Part shown: one piece after another, positions 1-13,175 of the stretch
Layout: each line of letters starts with the position of its first letter
How positions within the stretch are numbered: position 1 is the stretch's first letter
Assembly: GCF_006345805.1 (NCBI RefSeq)
Contig: NW_021831287.1
Location: 1-64,000 of the forward strand
Direction: 5' to 3'
Length of the DNA stretch: 64,000 nucleotides
DNA from: Octopus sinensis
Lineage: Eukaryota
The notes under the pieces: generated by a model
Database searches by the model: none
Seen by the model: only the letters and a program-made list of their open reading frames with translations
What the model was told of the DNA's origin: nothing
Position numbers and translations under genes: made by a program

Positions 1-2490
1 TTTTACAGCTCGTCTAAAATCTTTTTAATCTACTCTATTCTGGCGTTTTAAAATTTTCAGCAAGATTTGCGTAATTATAAAGATCCCTACTCAGTTCTCC
101 ACGTGTGTGATATCAATCGATCTCATTTTTTCAGGAGATCAGTTTGAAATATTTCTCGATAATATGCGCTTTTTACAGCTCGTCTAAAACCTTTTTATCT
201 ACTCTATTCTGGCGTTTTAAAATTTTCAGCAAGATTTGCGTAATTATAAAGATCCCTACTCAGTTCTCCACGTGTGTGATAATAATCGAGCTCATTTTTT
301 CGGGGGATCAGTTTGAAATATTTTGGATAATATGCGCTTTTTACAGCTCGTCTAAAACCTTTTTATCTACTCTATTCTGGCGTTTTAAAATTTTTAGCAA
401 GATTTGCGTAATTATAAAGATCCCTACTCAGTTCTCCACGTGTGTGATATCAATCGAGCTCATTTTTTCAGGGGGTCAGTTTGAAATATTTTAGGATAAT
501 ATGCGCTTTTTACAGCTCGTCGAAAACCTTTTTATCTACTCTATTCTGGCGTTTTAAAATTTTCAGCAAGATTTGCGTAATTATAAAGATCCCTACTCAG
601 TTCTCCACGTGTGTGATATCAATCGATCTCATTTTTTCAGGGGATCAGTTTGAAATATTTCTCGATAATATGCGCTTTTTACAGCTCGTCTAAAACCTTT
701 TTATCTACTCTATTCTGGCGTTTTAAAATTTTCAGCAAGATTTGCGTAATTATAAAGATCCCTACTCAGTTCTCCACGTGTGTGATATCAATCGATCTCA
801 TTTTTTCAGGATCAGTTTGAAATATTCTCGATAATATGCGCTTTTTACAGCTCGTCTAAAACCTTTTTATTTATTCTATTCTGGCGTTTTAAAATTTTCA
901 GCAAGATTTGCCTAATTATAAAGATCCCTACTCAGTTCTCCACGTGTGTGATAACAATCGAGCTCATTTTTTCGGGGGATCAGTTTGAAATATTTTAGGA
1001 TAATATGCGCTTTTTACAGCTCGTCTAAAACCTTTTTATCTACTCTATTCTGGCGTTTTAAAATTTTTAGCAAGATTTGCGTAATTATAAAGATCCCTAC
1101 TCAGTTCTCCACGTGTGTGATATCAATCGAGCTCATTTTTTCAGGGGATCAGTTTGAAATATTTCTGGATAATATGCGCGTTTTACAGCTCGTCTAAAAC
1201 CTTTTTATCTACTCTATTCTGGCGTTTTAAAATTTTCAGCAAGATTTGCGTAATTATAAAGATCCCTACTCAGTTCTCCACGTGTGTGATAACAATCGAG
1301 CTCATTTTTTCGGGGGATCAGTTTGAAATATTTTAGGATAATATGCGCTTTTTACAGCTCGTCGAAAACCTTTTTATCTACTCTATTCTGGCGTTTTAAA
1401 ATTTTTAGCAAGATTTGCGTAATTATAAAGATCCCTACTCAGTTCTCCACGTGTGTGATATCAATCGAGCTCATTTTTTCAGGGGGTCAGTTTGAAATAT
1501 TTTAGGATAATATGCGCTTTTTACAGCTCGTCGAAAACCTTTTTATCTACTCTATTCTGGCGTTTTAAAATTTTCAGCAAGATTTGCGTAATTATAAAGA
1601 TCCCTACTCAGTTCTCCACGTGTGTGATATCAATCGAGCTCATTTTTTCGGGGGATCAGTTTGAAATATTTTAGGATAATATGCGCTTTTTACAGCTCGT
1701 CGAAAACCTTTTTATCTACTCTATTCTGGCGTTTTAAAATTTTTAGCAAGATTTGCGTAATTATAAAGATCCCTACTCAGTTCTCCACGTGTGTGATATC
1801 AATCGAGCTCATTTTTTCAGGGGATCAGTTTGAAATATTTTAGGATAATATGCGCTTTTACAGCTCGTCTAAAACCTTTTTATCTACTCTATTCTGGCGT
1901 TTTAAAATTTTCAGCAAGATTTGCGTAATTATAAAGATCCCTACTCAGTTCTCCACGTGTGTGATATCAATCGATCTCATTTTTTCAGGGGATCAGTTTG
2001 AAATATTTCTCGATAATATGCGCTTTTTACAGCTCGTCTAAAACCTTTTTATCTACTCTATTCTGGCGTTTTAAAATTTTCAGCAAGATTTGCGTAATTA
2101 TAAAGATCCCTACTCAGTTCTCCACGTGTGTGATATCAATCGATCTCATTTTTTCAGGGGATCAGTTTGAAATATTTCTCGATAATATGCGCTTTTTACA
2201 GCTCGTCTAAAACCTTTTATTTATTCTATTCTGGCGTTTTAAAATTTTCAGCAAGATTTGCCTAATTATAAAGATCCCTACTCAGTTCTCCACGTGTGTG
2301 ATAACAATCGAGCTCATTTTTTCGGGGGATCAGTTTGAAATATTTTAGGATAATATGCGCTTTTTACAGCTCGTCGAAAACCTTTTTATCTACTCTATTC
2401 TGGCGTTTTAAAATTTTTAGCAAGATTTGCGTAATTATAAAGATCCCTACTCAGTTCTCCACCTGTGTGATATCAATCTATCTCATTTTT
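1..2490. repeat. Tandem satellite array, 167-169 bp monomer, about 14.7 copies in window (probably continues left of the window)
   Basis: TTGAAATATT recurs at 144, 313, 481, 650, 817, 985, 1154, 1323, 1492, 1661, 1830, 1998, 2167, 2335. One monomer counted by hand is about 34% GC. The repeated ORFs in the track are artefacts of the repeat. Confidence 0.98.
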
Positions 2491-4593
2491 CACACACCAA
2501 TGGGGATACCGGGAATCGCCTCTTGAATGCTTGTACTAACTTGTGCAATTTATTCCTAAGCGGCAAAATTTCTGACCATGCTAGAATTCTGTTCTTTGCC
2601 GCGAATCTTACGGCCTTGGGCAAGAAAGATGGCGGTATCAGGCCTATTGCTGTTGGAAATTTCTTTCGTCGTTTATTTGCGAAAGACTGTTGCAAGTCCG
2701 TTATTCCTTCTATTGGCGAGCAACTGCAGCCCATTCAGTTGGGTGTGGGTGTTTTTGGTGGCTGCGAGTCTTCTGTCCATGTTTGTCGTTGTTTTATTCA
2801 CGCTTCTACTTGTTCCAATCTTCCCCTTGCCTTATTGAAACTGGATGTAACTAATGCTTTCAATTCTCTGGACCGTGGTCATATGTTGGAGGTCTGTCAA
2901 GACCGAGTTCCACACTTGCCTTCCTTTATATCGCTTTCGTACTCGGTTCCATCACTTTTAATCGCCGGTGGTTCTTTCATTTCTTCGTCCTGTGGCGTCC
3001 AACAGGGTGATCCTTTGGGCCCATTACTGTTCGCTCTTGCCGTGGATGCCATTGCCCGCGTTAATGAATCGCCCCTTAATCTTTGGTATCTCGACGATTG
3101 CACCCTGGGCGGTCCGCCTGATGTTTTGCTAAAGGACTTAGCCAGTCTAATTCCGGCTTTATCCGACATTGGTCTGGTTATTAATTCCAGCAAGTCCGAG
3201 ATTGTCAATCTCTCTGTTGAGCCATCCCTGTTTAAGAACTCCTTCTCTCTTTTTTGCAAACTCCTTCCTGAGTTGAGACAGACACCTCTGTCTGATCTGG
3301 AAATTCTGGGGTCACCGATTCTCGCCGACTCAGCTACACGAATCCTTCTTGCCAAAAAAATCTTATTGCATCTCTTTGTGAAAAACTTTCTGTCATTGAT
3401 CCTCATCCTTCATTCTACATCCTCAAGAACTATCTTTTGATCCCAAAAATTGTTTATATCTTGAGGAGCTCACCTTGTTTTTATGCCACCCAAATGCTGG
3501 AATCTGATGATTCCTTGGTTCAGGTCTGCGGAGAAAATTCTCAATGTGCATTTCGATGATATTGCCTGGTGTCAGGCTAAACTTCCTATGAGTCACGCGG
3601 ATCTGGGCCTCCGTTTTAGTATGGATTTGGCTCTTCCTGCCTTTCTTTCTTCGGCGTCTGGATCGTACAAAAGATTCTTCTTGTCCAAAAGATTCTGGAA
3701 AAAACTACTGAATCATCGTTGGACTCTGATATTGATTCGGCCCTCGCTTTTTGGGAACGCAATTTCTCTGAAGTCCCTTCCGATGTCTTTTCTCAGCGAG
3801 ACTGTGACAAAATTCTTTGCTGTCGATCTTCAACTGACTTGGAACCACTCCTCGACCAACACAGACTGGCTTGTTTCCGTTCCACCTGTCAGCCATACTC
3901 AGGCTCCTGGCTGAATGTACTCCCTTCTCCGCTTTTGGATACTGTCCTCGATAGGGATTCACTCCGTCTGGGTATCTGTAATCGCCTTGGACTCCCTGTC
4001 TGCAGACCTCACCCATGTCGTTGTGGGGATAAAGTTGACGCCTTTGGGCTACATCCTCTTTCTTGTCGAATGAGCGCCGGCAAAACGTCCAGACGGCTGT
4101 ACGCTGTTCGCTTTTGAATCCGGGAAACAGCTCGTTTGGGACATCACCTGTTCTGACTCTTTCGCCAAGGGTGCCTTAAATGCTACGGCTTGTCGACCCG
4201 GTTCGTCGGCCGAGAAGGCCGAATTTGTAAAACTAACGAAATATGAGGATTTACTCGATCGATTTTGCTTTTGGGCAATTGCCGTCGAAACTTCCTGTGT
4301 TTTTGGGGCCAAGACGCTTGCTCATCTCAAGAAACTTGGCCGCCTGTGCACCTACCGCTCCAGAGATCCGAGGGAATTTATATTCCTTAATCAGAGGATC
4401 TCGCTGGCTGTTTTACGCGGGAATTGTCTTTCAATCCTGCGAGCCAGTTCATAATAGCTAAATTTTTTTGACGATTTCTCTTATTCAAAAAAAATTAAAT
4501 TAATTAGCTTAGCTATCTTTTTACTTTTTTTAATAATTATTTTTGTACAAAAAAAACATATTCGGTCCAAGCTAACAATCATTTTACAAACAT
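2491..4593 (+). mobile_element. CRE-clade non-LTR retrotransposon (RT + CCHC + RLE endonuclease), 5'-truncated and frameshifted
   Basis: RT motifs KKDGGIRPIAVG, QLGVGV.GGCE, KLDVTNAFNSLDR, GVQQGDPLGPLLF, WYLDDCTL. C-terminal RLGL...CRCG...HPLSC, then KRPDG..L.WDITC...QRISLAVLRGN ending TAA 4452-4454. The A/T-rich 3' UTR resembles that at 41400-41500. Internal deletion near 4080. Confidence 0.92.
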
Positions 4594-4698
4594 AGCCCCC
4601 ATGAAAGCAAACCACCCTATTCTTTACACCGACAGACACCCTCTAATTTGACAACCATAAAAGGAAGCATAATTTAACATGAATAGTAAGAGTTTAAT

Positions 4699-6177
4699 TT
4701 AAATTTGTTCAGAGATTATTTTGGACGTCACTGACAATACAAAACAAATAATACCACAATTCGCAGCATTTTCACGTTCCAGTTCACCCTCATACAACTT
4801 GTTATGAAGACCCATTTGCCGGATTTTGTCCCTCAATTCATTCAGCTGAGTGAGTTTGGCCACAAATGACTAAAATCATAAAAAGACACAACCTCAACAC
4901 TTCGAATAACAAATGAGAGCATAAAGACAGCCGAATCGACATTCTTCTTTGTGCCAATAATGTGCAATTTGTACACCTTCTCCTCCTCACTGTAATGCGT
5001 AAATAGTCTCCGCACTTCCGCACGATCCACAATCTTTTGTAAATTCTCGCCCTTCTTTCGATAAATTCTCTCTACAATGAATCCACCAGGCATACGAATC
5101 AAGGACTGCTCGATGGAAATGACTTGCTCGACATACTCCAACATACTTCTCGCCTTACTCACCGAGGACGCGTTCTAACACCCTCAATATTCTACAAATA
5201 CATTTCCGGCAATTTTGACAGACGAGGTCTCATCATCGACGACCACGTCCAGAATTCCACGTATTTTACGTGCAGTGTCAATGTTAATTCCTTTGGTCCC
5301 AATGACGTGGCACATCAGAGACTTGTCCACTTTGAAGACGTCAATGATAGTCCCAGGCTTGACATTCGTCAAATCGCCGGACATTCGACACTGCATTGAC
5401 ACCAATTGGGAATTTAGTTTCATTTCTGTCCGAATAAAGTTGATGTGCATGTCCGCAATATTCACAACTTGCCTCAATTCGGCCGCATTCGGAGTCTGCC
5501 AGTCACACCACAACACATACAATCAAATCAAGCAGCCCAGTCGACTCATCCACAGAAATTGAGACTGGCTCTTTGCAGTCCTCAGTAAATTTGGCGATGC
5601 TTTCTGCACTCATCACGCTAAACAGTAAACGATCACCAAAACCTATCTAATAGTGCTTGAGGGACTTTAATTTGGGCAAAGTGGTAGCGGGGGGCTCCTC
5701 TTTTGTCCATCGTAGGACTGCAACTGTCGGGACTGGGAGATACTTGTGAGTGACGGCTCGGACTTCATCGACGGTGTAAGAGGCGTTGGTGGCCTCTCCT
5801 CCAATCACGGAAAAAAATTCTCCACGGACACGATCGACTTTGCAGGCTGACCAGCCAACGGCATTACTTCCGGAAATTTTGACGGGCACCTAAAATAGGA
5901 AGTTGTGAGTCAACTTCTATTTCCATGCCAGCTTCCACTTTAGTCACTTCGGAGTACTCTCCTGGCATTCTCAGTTGATTCAAAAGATACATCCCCGATG
6001 GAAGGCTAAGGGATTACAGATCATGGGATACTGGTCAAAGTCTATCATAAACGAGTTAGTGTTTCCTGAGGCAACGAATCCCTAAGGATATTGTCATAGG
6101 TGAACTACTTTAATCCACAAGTCATTTTTTAGGTATACTTCAGCTGTATACTTTCCTCGAGATTGACAAAAAGACAT
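4699..6177 (-). CDS. FMR1: FMR1/FXR-family RNA-binding protein (Agenet/Tudor x2, KH0, KH1, KH2), about 10 micro-introns of 23-27 nt
   Basis: KH1 CHVIGTKGINIDTARKIRGI matches FMR1 [30 protein letters not shown] matches KARSFLEFAE. Intron positions and phases match human FMR1 (K|GF, DQ| phase 2, IE|V, GN|N). ATG at 6177, TAA at 4699. Confidence 0.88.
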
Positions 6178-6371
6178 TGAAATGTAACCAAACTAAATCA
6201 ACAAGTCAAAAATATCAATTGTTTCTTTTGGTTTAATGGAAAATTTATAAATTTTAAATAAATAAATATTTATAATAATATTTATTCTTTTTTCATTCTT
6301 TCATTATACTAAAAAATTAGACTAAATTTGTAATTATATTATTAATATAAACCTAATTATGGAAAAATTTA

Positions 6372-7136
6372 TCAAAAATATACCATTGTATACATAATTT
6401 TGGAACTTTTTGAGAGCGTTCCACATGCGTTGGGCAGATTTTTCCTTTCCAAGGATTTTGATTTGTTTTTCCCATCTTCTTCTTTTTTGAAAAAGGACAT
6501 AGCTTTGTTCGTACGGGGAAGGGCTTTTTTGATTATGATTGGATTGTGATCTGAATTAAGATCGTAGTCTACTGTCCATGAAATGGCTGAGGATAAGTTA
6601 TTTGAGGATAGTGTAATGTCCGGACATGTTAAGCGTTCGGTATCCTTATAAGGTGTCCTAGTGTGGGTCTTGGCAGAGACATGGCAGAGAGTTGTTCCAT
6701 TAGACACCATCCTCTTGAGTCTTCCCGTTGGGATTTAAGCCAAGTCGGATGCTCTGCGTTCAAGTCTCCGCAAATTAAAAGGTTCTTTAAATTGGATAGC
6801 TTTGAGAAGTTTGGATTGAATCCCTTTAGACAAGAGTTGGCAATAGTGGTCTTTCCAAATTTAGTATTCAACGTAATTCAAGATATTCCTGATACGCCGT
6901 CCTGAATTGTTGCCTTGAGGTCATCCGTGGAGTCTGTATAGTGCAAACCGTTTTTGATAATAAACAGAAGACCTCCGCCAAGTCGGTTTAACCGATCTAA
7001 AGGATACAGTTATATCCCGGGCGGAAACTGTTATGAAAGTATCTGATGTCTGAATACAGACGAAGGCTGAGTTCATAGATACGTAAACAAATGGAGTGCC
7101 AATGACAGGCGGTTTGGGCATGCAAACAGATCCCAC
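6372..7136 (-). mobile_element. LINE fragment, apurinic (APE) endonuclease domain, frameshifted
   Basis: LLICGDLNAEHPTW, PTRTP...CPDITL and SDHNPI are APE motifs, spread over frameshifted ORFs. Confidence 0.8.
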
Positions 7137-8825
7137 TTGCTGTCACAAAAACTGAGCACAAAAATGGCCGTTAAGGGTCAGAAGAAAACCGATTTCTAAT
7201 GAAACTCTGCAGTTGACAGAGAAACAAACGAAAATAATAAAATTGAATAAATAATCACAAAATGATGAACTTTCAGATAATTTTATCATTAAAAGAAACT
7301 ACAACACAAATTATTCCTTCTGTATCCAATTACATAAAAAATAAAGTGGGATCATACAACTGAGACAGTACAATGTTCTGAGCACAACAATCGACCGCGT
7401 GCTCACATATGGCCTGAATTATTAGGTGGCCATTAATAAATAAAATAATTAAACTTTATTTTAATAATACCTGTGTTTTTTTAACATTGGTTGTTTTTTC
7501 GGTTTTAATCAAAACTATGTTTATGGTAGAACACAAATATTTTGATTTAATTTAGTATGTTTTAGGATGATTTACTTACAGTAGAACAGGTAGTCAACTC
7601 ATTTGTGTTCTCTGCTGTAATTTTTCAACTAGTCAAGAAAGATCTAACTTTTGTTCCTTAACTTTATGGGATCTTATAGAATTTTGCAAATGTTTACTGT
7701 CCGTGGAAAACAAGGGATTTTCCTTGGAGATTTGGATAGCCTGTCTTTCAAGTTGATAGAAGTCCTAAATGAGGATCTGTCGACGGTTGGTCTGCGACTG
7801 AGGTCGGCGGACGACCGGGACAACCTCAAAGACATTGCAAGCACCAGAAATTCCTGGTCGAGAGAATGTTACGGAACACGGCACAAGGGAGACTTAAATA
7901 ACTTTATGTTTTTTAAGTGCTCTTAATAATAATAATGGAGGTATTAAGTGTAACTTTAGAACAAATAAAAATCTTTATTCTGAACAATAATTTGAAGTCT
8001 TAGTAACTTTAAATAGACTAGATTGCAAATATTATATTCGGTGGTTTCCCAAGAGTTGTTTGCCGTAAAATCTACTCACATCTGAGTGTGTTTCCTGAAA
8101 TATTTGATCGAATAAAATCGAGTGCAGTCAGGGCCTTAAATATCCCTAATTTACCTTTAACTATCTTCATTTATTCAAACTCTAGGAGTCACTGGCCAAC
8201 AATGAAATGTCACGTAGTGATTTGATAATCTTCTCACGTGTGCTTGTTACATATTTGCAATGAAGAAATTCTGTGGTTGTAGCCATATGGGTTTTTCGTA
8301 GACAATCAAATTGGTTTTGAAGATTAACAAGATTTTTTCCGATTTAAAAAAACAAATCCTCTTCCATGTTTATTTCTTGCCAGATACCGTTTTTCTTTAC
8401 AGACTAGCTTTTTCAGTTTATTTATAAATAGAAAATCATTTTTTAAAAATAAAAAAATTAGCTTAACCAGTATTGATTGACATATTCAGACAATTTGAAA
8501 ACAAAATCCTGCTTAATGGACCTAAGACTAATACAAATAACAGCTATATGTTTGAATTTGTTTGGATAAAGTATGTATTTTGACATTTTAAATATTCAGT
8601 TGCAGTCGTTGTAATATATTACAGTCCGACATTGAATTGGAACACTTAGTGCTTTAAAAACTGAGGTTTTGTCAAAAAATTAATATCAATATATATTTGC
8701 ATTGCATTATGGTGACTTAGAGAACTTCACATCAAAAAGTCTCATTAAAATATATTGTAAACAAAACAAATAATATTTATTCTTTAATAATAATAACAGT
8801 TCATAGGCAACGGAAAAGTGGTGTG

Positions 8826-10739
8826 ATGAGAATATTCAAGGAAGGCAGTCACGGGAAGTGTGAGGTGTCCTTAGTGTGAGTAGTGCAGGACTACAAAATA
8901 CTGGAATGCATAGGGAAGGGTGCCTTTGGTCGAGTCTACCGGGGAGTGAGTGTACAAACGGGGGATTTCGTGGCCATAAAACTAGTAGTGATGAGATTAT
9001 ACATATAGATACAAAAAAGTATATTAGGGGAGTGGAGTATGGCAGAACGTATTCGACAGGAAGTGGCGATTCATTCCAAGTTGACTAATCCGTGGATTGT
9101 GAAGGCAAGAGTGTATGATCAATATCCGATAGTTGTACACTCACTTTGAGGACGAGGACAATATATATCTAGTCCTCGAGTTATGTGAAGGGGGGAGTGT
9201 TTCCGCACTGTTGAAGGCCCGGGCATTAACAGAACAAGAAAGTAGTGGATTGAATGATAAGCAGGCAAACACATATTTAGTTCAGTTGTGAAAGCAGTGG
9301 AATATCTCCACTCTAATCATATTATCCATCGAGACCTGTCCTTGTCCAATGTCCTTGTCTCCTCTGACCTCACTTCGGTCAAACTCTGTGACTTTGGCTT
9401 GGCCACCACTGTCCTAGAACAGCACGTGACTGTGTGCGGGACACCCAACTTTACTTCTCCGTGTGCTCGGTCATTCATTTGTTAGGGAAATGATGAGAGG
9501 ACTGCCTCACGGACTGGAGACGGACGTGTGGTCACTGGGTTGCATACTCCACACTCTCCTGACGGGCACTCCTCCCTTCGTCGAGTCCGGGGGACACATT
9601 TCACGGAAGGCCAAGGATTTGATTGGTCGACTCCTTGTGAAGGACCCTCGTGGGAGAATGAGTGTGGATGGTATGACCACTCCTTTACTCAGTCATACTC
9701 AAACACGACTATTTCTGGGAGGACAGTGGTCACTCTACGTGGTCTCTTTCGACCAGTCGACTGTCGCCGATTAGCACAAAGAAGGGGGAGTTGAGAGTAT
9801 TGGTGATACAACACGACAGATATCCATTGTGGATGACCTGAGTGTGGAAATGGTGAGTGGACATGAGACGTGGAGAATATCGCGGGACGGAAGGGAGGTG
9901 AGTGTGAGGAATGTGTCGGGGAGTTGTGATGAATACACAATGACCTCCCTCCCGGAGAAGTACTGGGACAAGTACAAATATGCATGCAAGTAGACAACAC
10001 TAGTGAATAGTAGATTCGTGAATATTATACGTTCAAAGACACCCAAAGTGACACTCCACACATCCTATGGGCAGTGTATACTCATGGAGGACTCCACTAC
10101 CACAGAAATGAGATTCCACGACAGTATTCAATTCATCGCACTCCTTAGAATGCCAAGTGAGGACCAACTCCGCGGGGATGAGGATAATCTACTCCGACGG
10201 GCGACAGGAGAACATCGACATGTCCAATCCACAATCACCCATCCATCACATGTGTGTCTCCTACTACACACAAGTTGGTTAATTGATGGGTAGTCCCAGG
10301 TAATGAGAATACTCCGACAATCCGAGCAGTCCTCCCCTCTATTTCCAGTCTGTCTATCCAAGTGAGTGCTCATTCATATAACAGGCCCCCCTCCCTCAAA
10401 CGAATGTTCATATCTGACATTCTCAACAATCAATCCCTCCAACTCATGTCACAACAAACACCCTTCATTCACATCCCCGACGTCGGCTGGGGGGCCAGGG
10501 TTAGATCCCCATCTCATCTCCAGGTACACGACACTGCCACTATCCTCTTTCACGACGGCACTCACCTTACTTTCCATTCTTCTCCCCACCCTTCTCTCAC
10601 TTATATTTCACATTCTCATCATTCTCAGTTTAGTTATTCACTCAGTCATAGATATCATTCCGCGGGAAAAATTCCACCCCACGTGCTGCAAAAAGCACGA
10701 GCTTTTATTCTTCTTATGAATATTCTTGGTCCTCAATAA
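8826..10739 (+). CDS. PLK4: Polo-like kinase 4 (SAK), compact form; kinase + cryptic polo box + PB3, about 13 micro-introns
   Basis: GKGAFGRVY, HRDLSLSNVL, DFGLA, CGTPNFTSP, HGLETDVWSLGC. Cryptic polo box [26 protein letters not shown]; PB3 VGW..., KIPPHVLQK. Intron positions match human PLK4. Confidence 0.92.
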
Positions 10740-11929
10740 ATATGCTTTGTTTATTTCCTCCCTTTGACATCATAGTAACATAATCTAATCTTCAAAGTGG
10801 CCTTGGTCGATCATTTTTTTGAAAAAACAAAAAAAAATTTTTGATGGGACCAATGACAGTCCAATGTTAATTAATGCTTTTATTAACTCGGATTTGGATT
10901 TAGATATTCTGTATCCTGTCATTTTTACAACATTTTTTCTATACCTGCCATTTCTTCTGTTTCGATGGCACACTTTTTTATTATGTATTCAAATACACTC
11001 AATACGGTCACTTTCAATACAGTCGATTATATTCTCCATGCTGAAGCTAACAAGTTTGCCCTATTTAATATGCTCTTAATACTTACCGACTACAAATTGA
11101 TTAGTGTCTAATATAAGCTCCAAGTATATAACAGAATCCACATTTTCTTTTATTCTTACATTAGTGACAGGATTACGATCCACCCAACTAAAGTTGACTT
11201 GATCGTCACGATCGTCACAGAATTCCCTGTTGGACCAAAATTCTTTAAATTCGTCTAACTTGAGGTCAAAATGAGACGCTTTATGCATTTCTTCAAATTC
11301 CTGACTAGCTGACCAAATGTCTAAATATCATGTCCGCGAACTGGTTGATTCCTAGAGCATACGAAGTCTTCTTTCTTTCGTATTTCAAGTTGTATTAATT
11401 AATTAGTTCCAGATTGCTTCCCATCTCCGACTCTCCTCATGTGATGGATATTGTTTGTCACGAAAGTTGGTTTAATGAACAAATAATTTTTTCAAGATCA
11501 ATTTCAGATTAAACTGGCGATAGTTCAAAACATTGGAACAAATATTGTCTTTATATTTATATTTTATTGCTACTTTTAGAAGATTCGAAAAAATCTTGCT
11601 ACTATGATTATTTATTAAGACATTTATTAATGACAAAAGGACCAGGATAAACCAGTTAATTATAATCCCTGTGATCTCTGATGCATTTTGCAAGCGACAG
11701 AGATCCTTCGGAAAGGTTCGATTCTGCCCACAGTGATCGACGTGGGACGACGATGTCTCCTGTGGTCAAAGTTCTAGAAGTTCTTTGTCGGTAGGGATTA
11801 GGTTCCCCTCGAGCGTTTTCATATCAAATTGAAAGTTCTAACTGACATAATCGAGAACCTGATAGCAATAATCAGAACATCAATATGCTTCAACCTGGAT
11901 CCGAAAATCTTGATTTCCAGGTCATCGTC

Positions 11930-12440
11930 ATTATTATGGATTTCATAAACAGTGCCTGTGTTCGGATTCTTATTTTTTGCAACAGAAACATAGTTTTTAA
12001 CATGCCCCGTCAAGGCTGAAACACCATCAGTGTAGATACCCACACATTCATTCCAATCCAACTTTATATGCTCGAAATATGAATTTATAAGATTTAAAAT
12101 TCCATATCCCTTTGTTTGCAGCAAAGAAAATCTTCAACAATGGATTCATCGTTCACATAGCGAACGAAAACAAGGAGTTTCATTTTTCCTGTACTATCTG
12201 AGCTTTCATGTACTTGAAGCGCAAAAAATTCAAAATTTTTTATTTGCAGAACCAAACGCGTTTCGATTTCATCAGACATACTTGATCCACCTGCTCACAT
12301 AAATATTTGAAATATGAATTAAATCGAGTTCTTTAAAAATTATCTTCACTACTTCTTTGCATGCTTCTTTGCAGTGTCCTCAAGAGTGTTTGATTTCGTC
12401 TTTTTGGTAGCGATCTCACACACATGCTTTTTCGGGTACT
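11930..12440 (-). mobile_element. hAT (Buster/ZBED5-FAM200-like) transposase fragment
   Basis: FALQVHESSD...LLVFVRY...EDFLCC and CVGIYTDGVSALTG motifs, frameshifted. Confidence 0.8.
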
Positions 12441-12479
12441 CATTTAAGTTCCGCTGTAGGTAGGCAGGGAGCCCAGATC

Positions 12480-12870
12480 AGACTCGCGTGACTTAGTACT
12501 GGGCGGATGTATCGTTTGTAGACTCGTCTGAGGAGTGGTTTTGTGCACCTATTTACTCTAGTTGGATCAAAAGTAAGTCAGATGTTTGGTTAGCGAGATG
12601 TCAAAATCAAAGAGAGATAACTTGGGATGTATGCTCGATTTTCTGGAGTCGGAAAGTAATAGGCCGACCGAAGATTTGGAGGACAAAGCCTGGGTCTGTT
12701 TTCGATGAGTCAATTTTCAGAAAAGTATAGTTGTTGATGAATTTGAAAAAAGCGGCTTTGTAGACTTTGTGCTTTTATGCGATAATGTCGGCCGCTGAAG
12801 TGGAAATAAAGGTTGAAATAAGTCGGAGACAGCACGGAATCTTGCAGTGCTCCCTTTGGAAGGTAACCTT
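12480..12870 (-). mobile_element. Degraded LINE reverse-transcriptase fragment
   Basis: LQDSVLSPTYFNLY resembles PQGSVLSPTLFN and VYKRYIRPVLSHA resembles the RT C-terminal YKAYIRP motif; interrupted by stops. Confidence 0.5.
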
Positions 12871-13175
12871 GTTTAAAACAATGATTATTTTAATGGATTA
12901 GCTATGTTATTTTATCACGTATAAAACCGAAGGAGTTAGCCATCGAATTACATCAAGAAGTATGACAAGATTGGCCAGATTAGGTTATTCATTGTTGTTT
13001 TGCCCATTCCAATAGTCACATCACCCCACTCCATTAGGCTTTAAGGTTCGTCCAAAGGCAAATTACAAATAATTACCCTTGATTGGCTGTCGGCCTCCTC
13101 AAGTTGGGTGGGTTAACTGAGCATTGTGTAAAAGAACAAGTCCCAAGACTAAACATATTATTTGAAATGAGTTAG

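Noticed and set aside
1-2490. Satellite as a CRISPR array or a spliced-leader RNA gene array targeted by CRE
   Set aside because: No unique spacers, eukaryotic context, and no convincing leader/GT donor/Sm-site layout. The CRE touches the array with its truncated 5' end and its 3' flank is not satellite, so targeting is unsupported.
144-2526. Repeated 60-116 aa ORFs (MKYF..ICAFYSSSK...)
   Set aside because: They are translations of the 169-bp satellite, with non-ATG starts and frame-breaking indels between copies.
5618-5665. Apparent back-to-back 23+25 nt introns (recursive splicing) in FMR1
   Set aside because: An upstream 26-nt intron shifts the frame so the first segment encodes VPQALLDS, matching FMR1 VPEDLRQM; only the 25-nt intron is needed.
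7650-8420. Short ORFs and coding-like patches upstream of PLK4
   Set aside because: No identifiable motif and many stops; probably old transposon debris.
11076-11420. 70-aa minus-strand ORF (MHKASHFDLK...)
   Set aside because: No homology recognised and no supporting splice structure.
11700-11750. GGTTCGATTC B-box/T-loop-like motif
   Set aside because: Flanks do not form a T-stem or cloverleaf; at most a SINE or tRNA relic.
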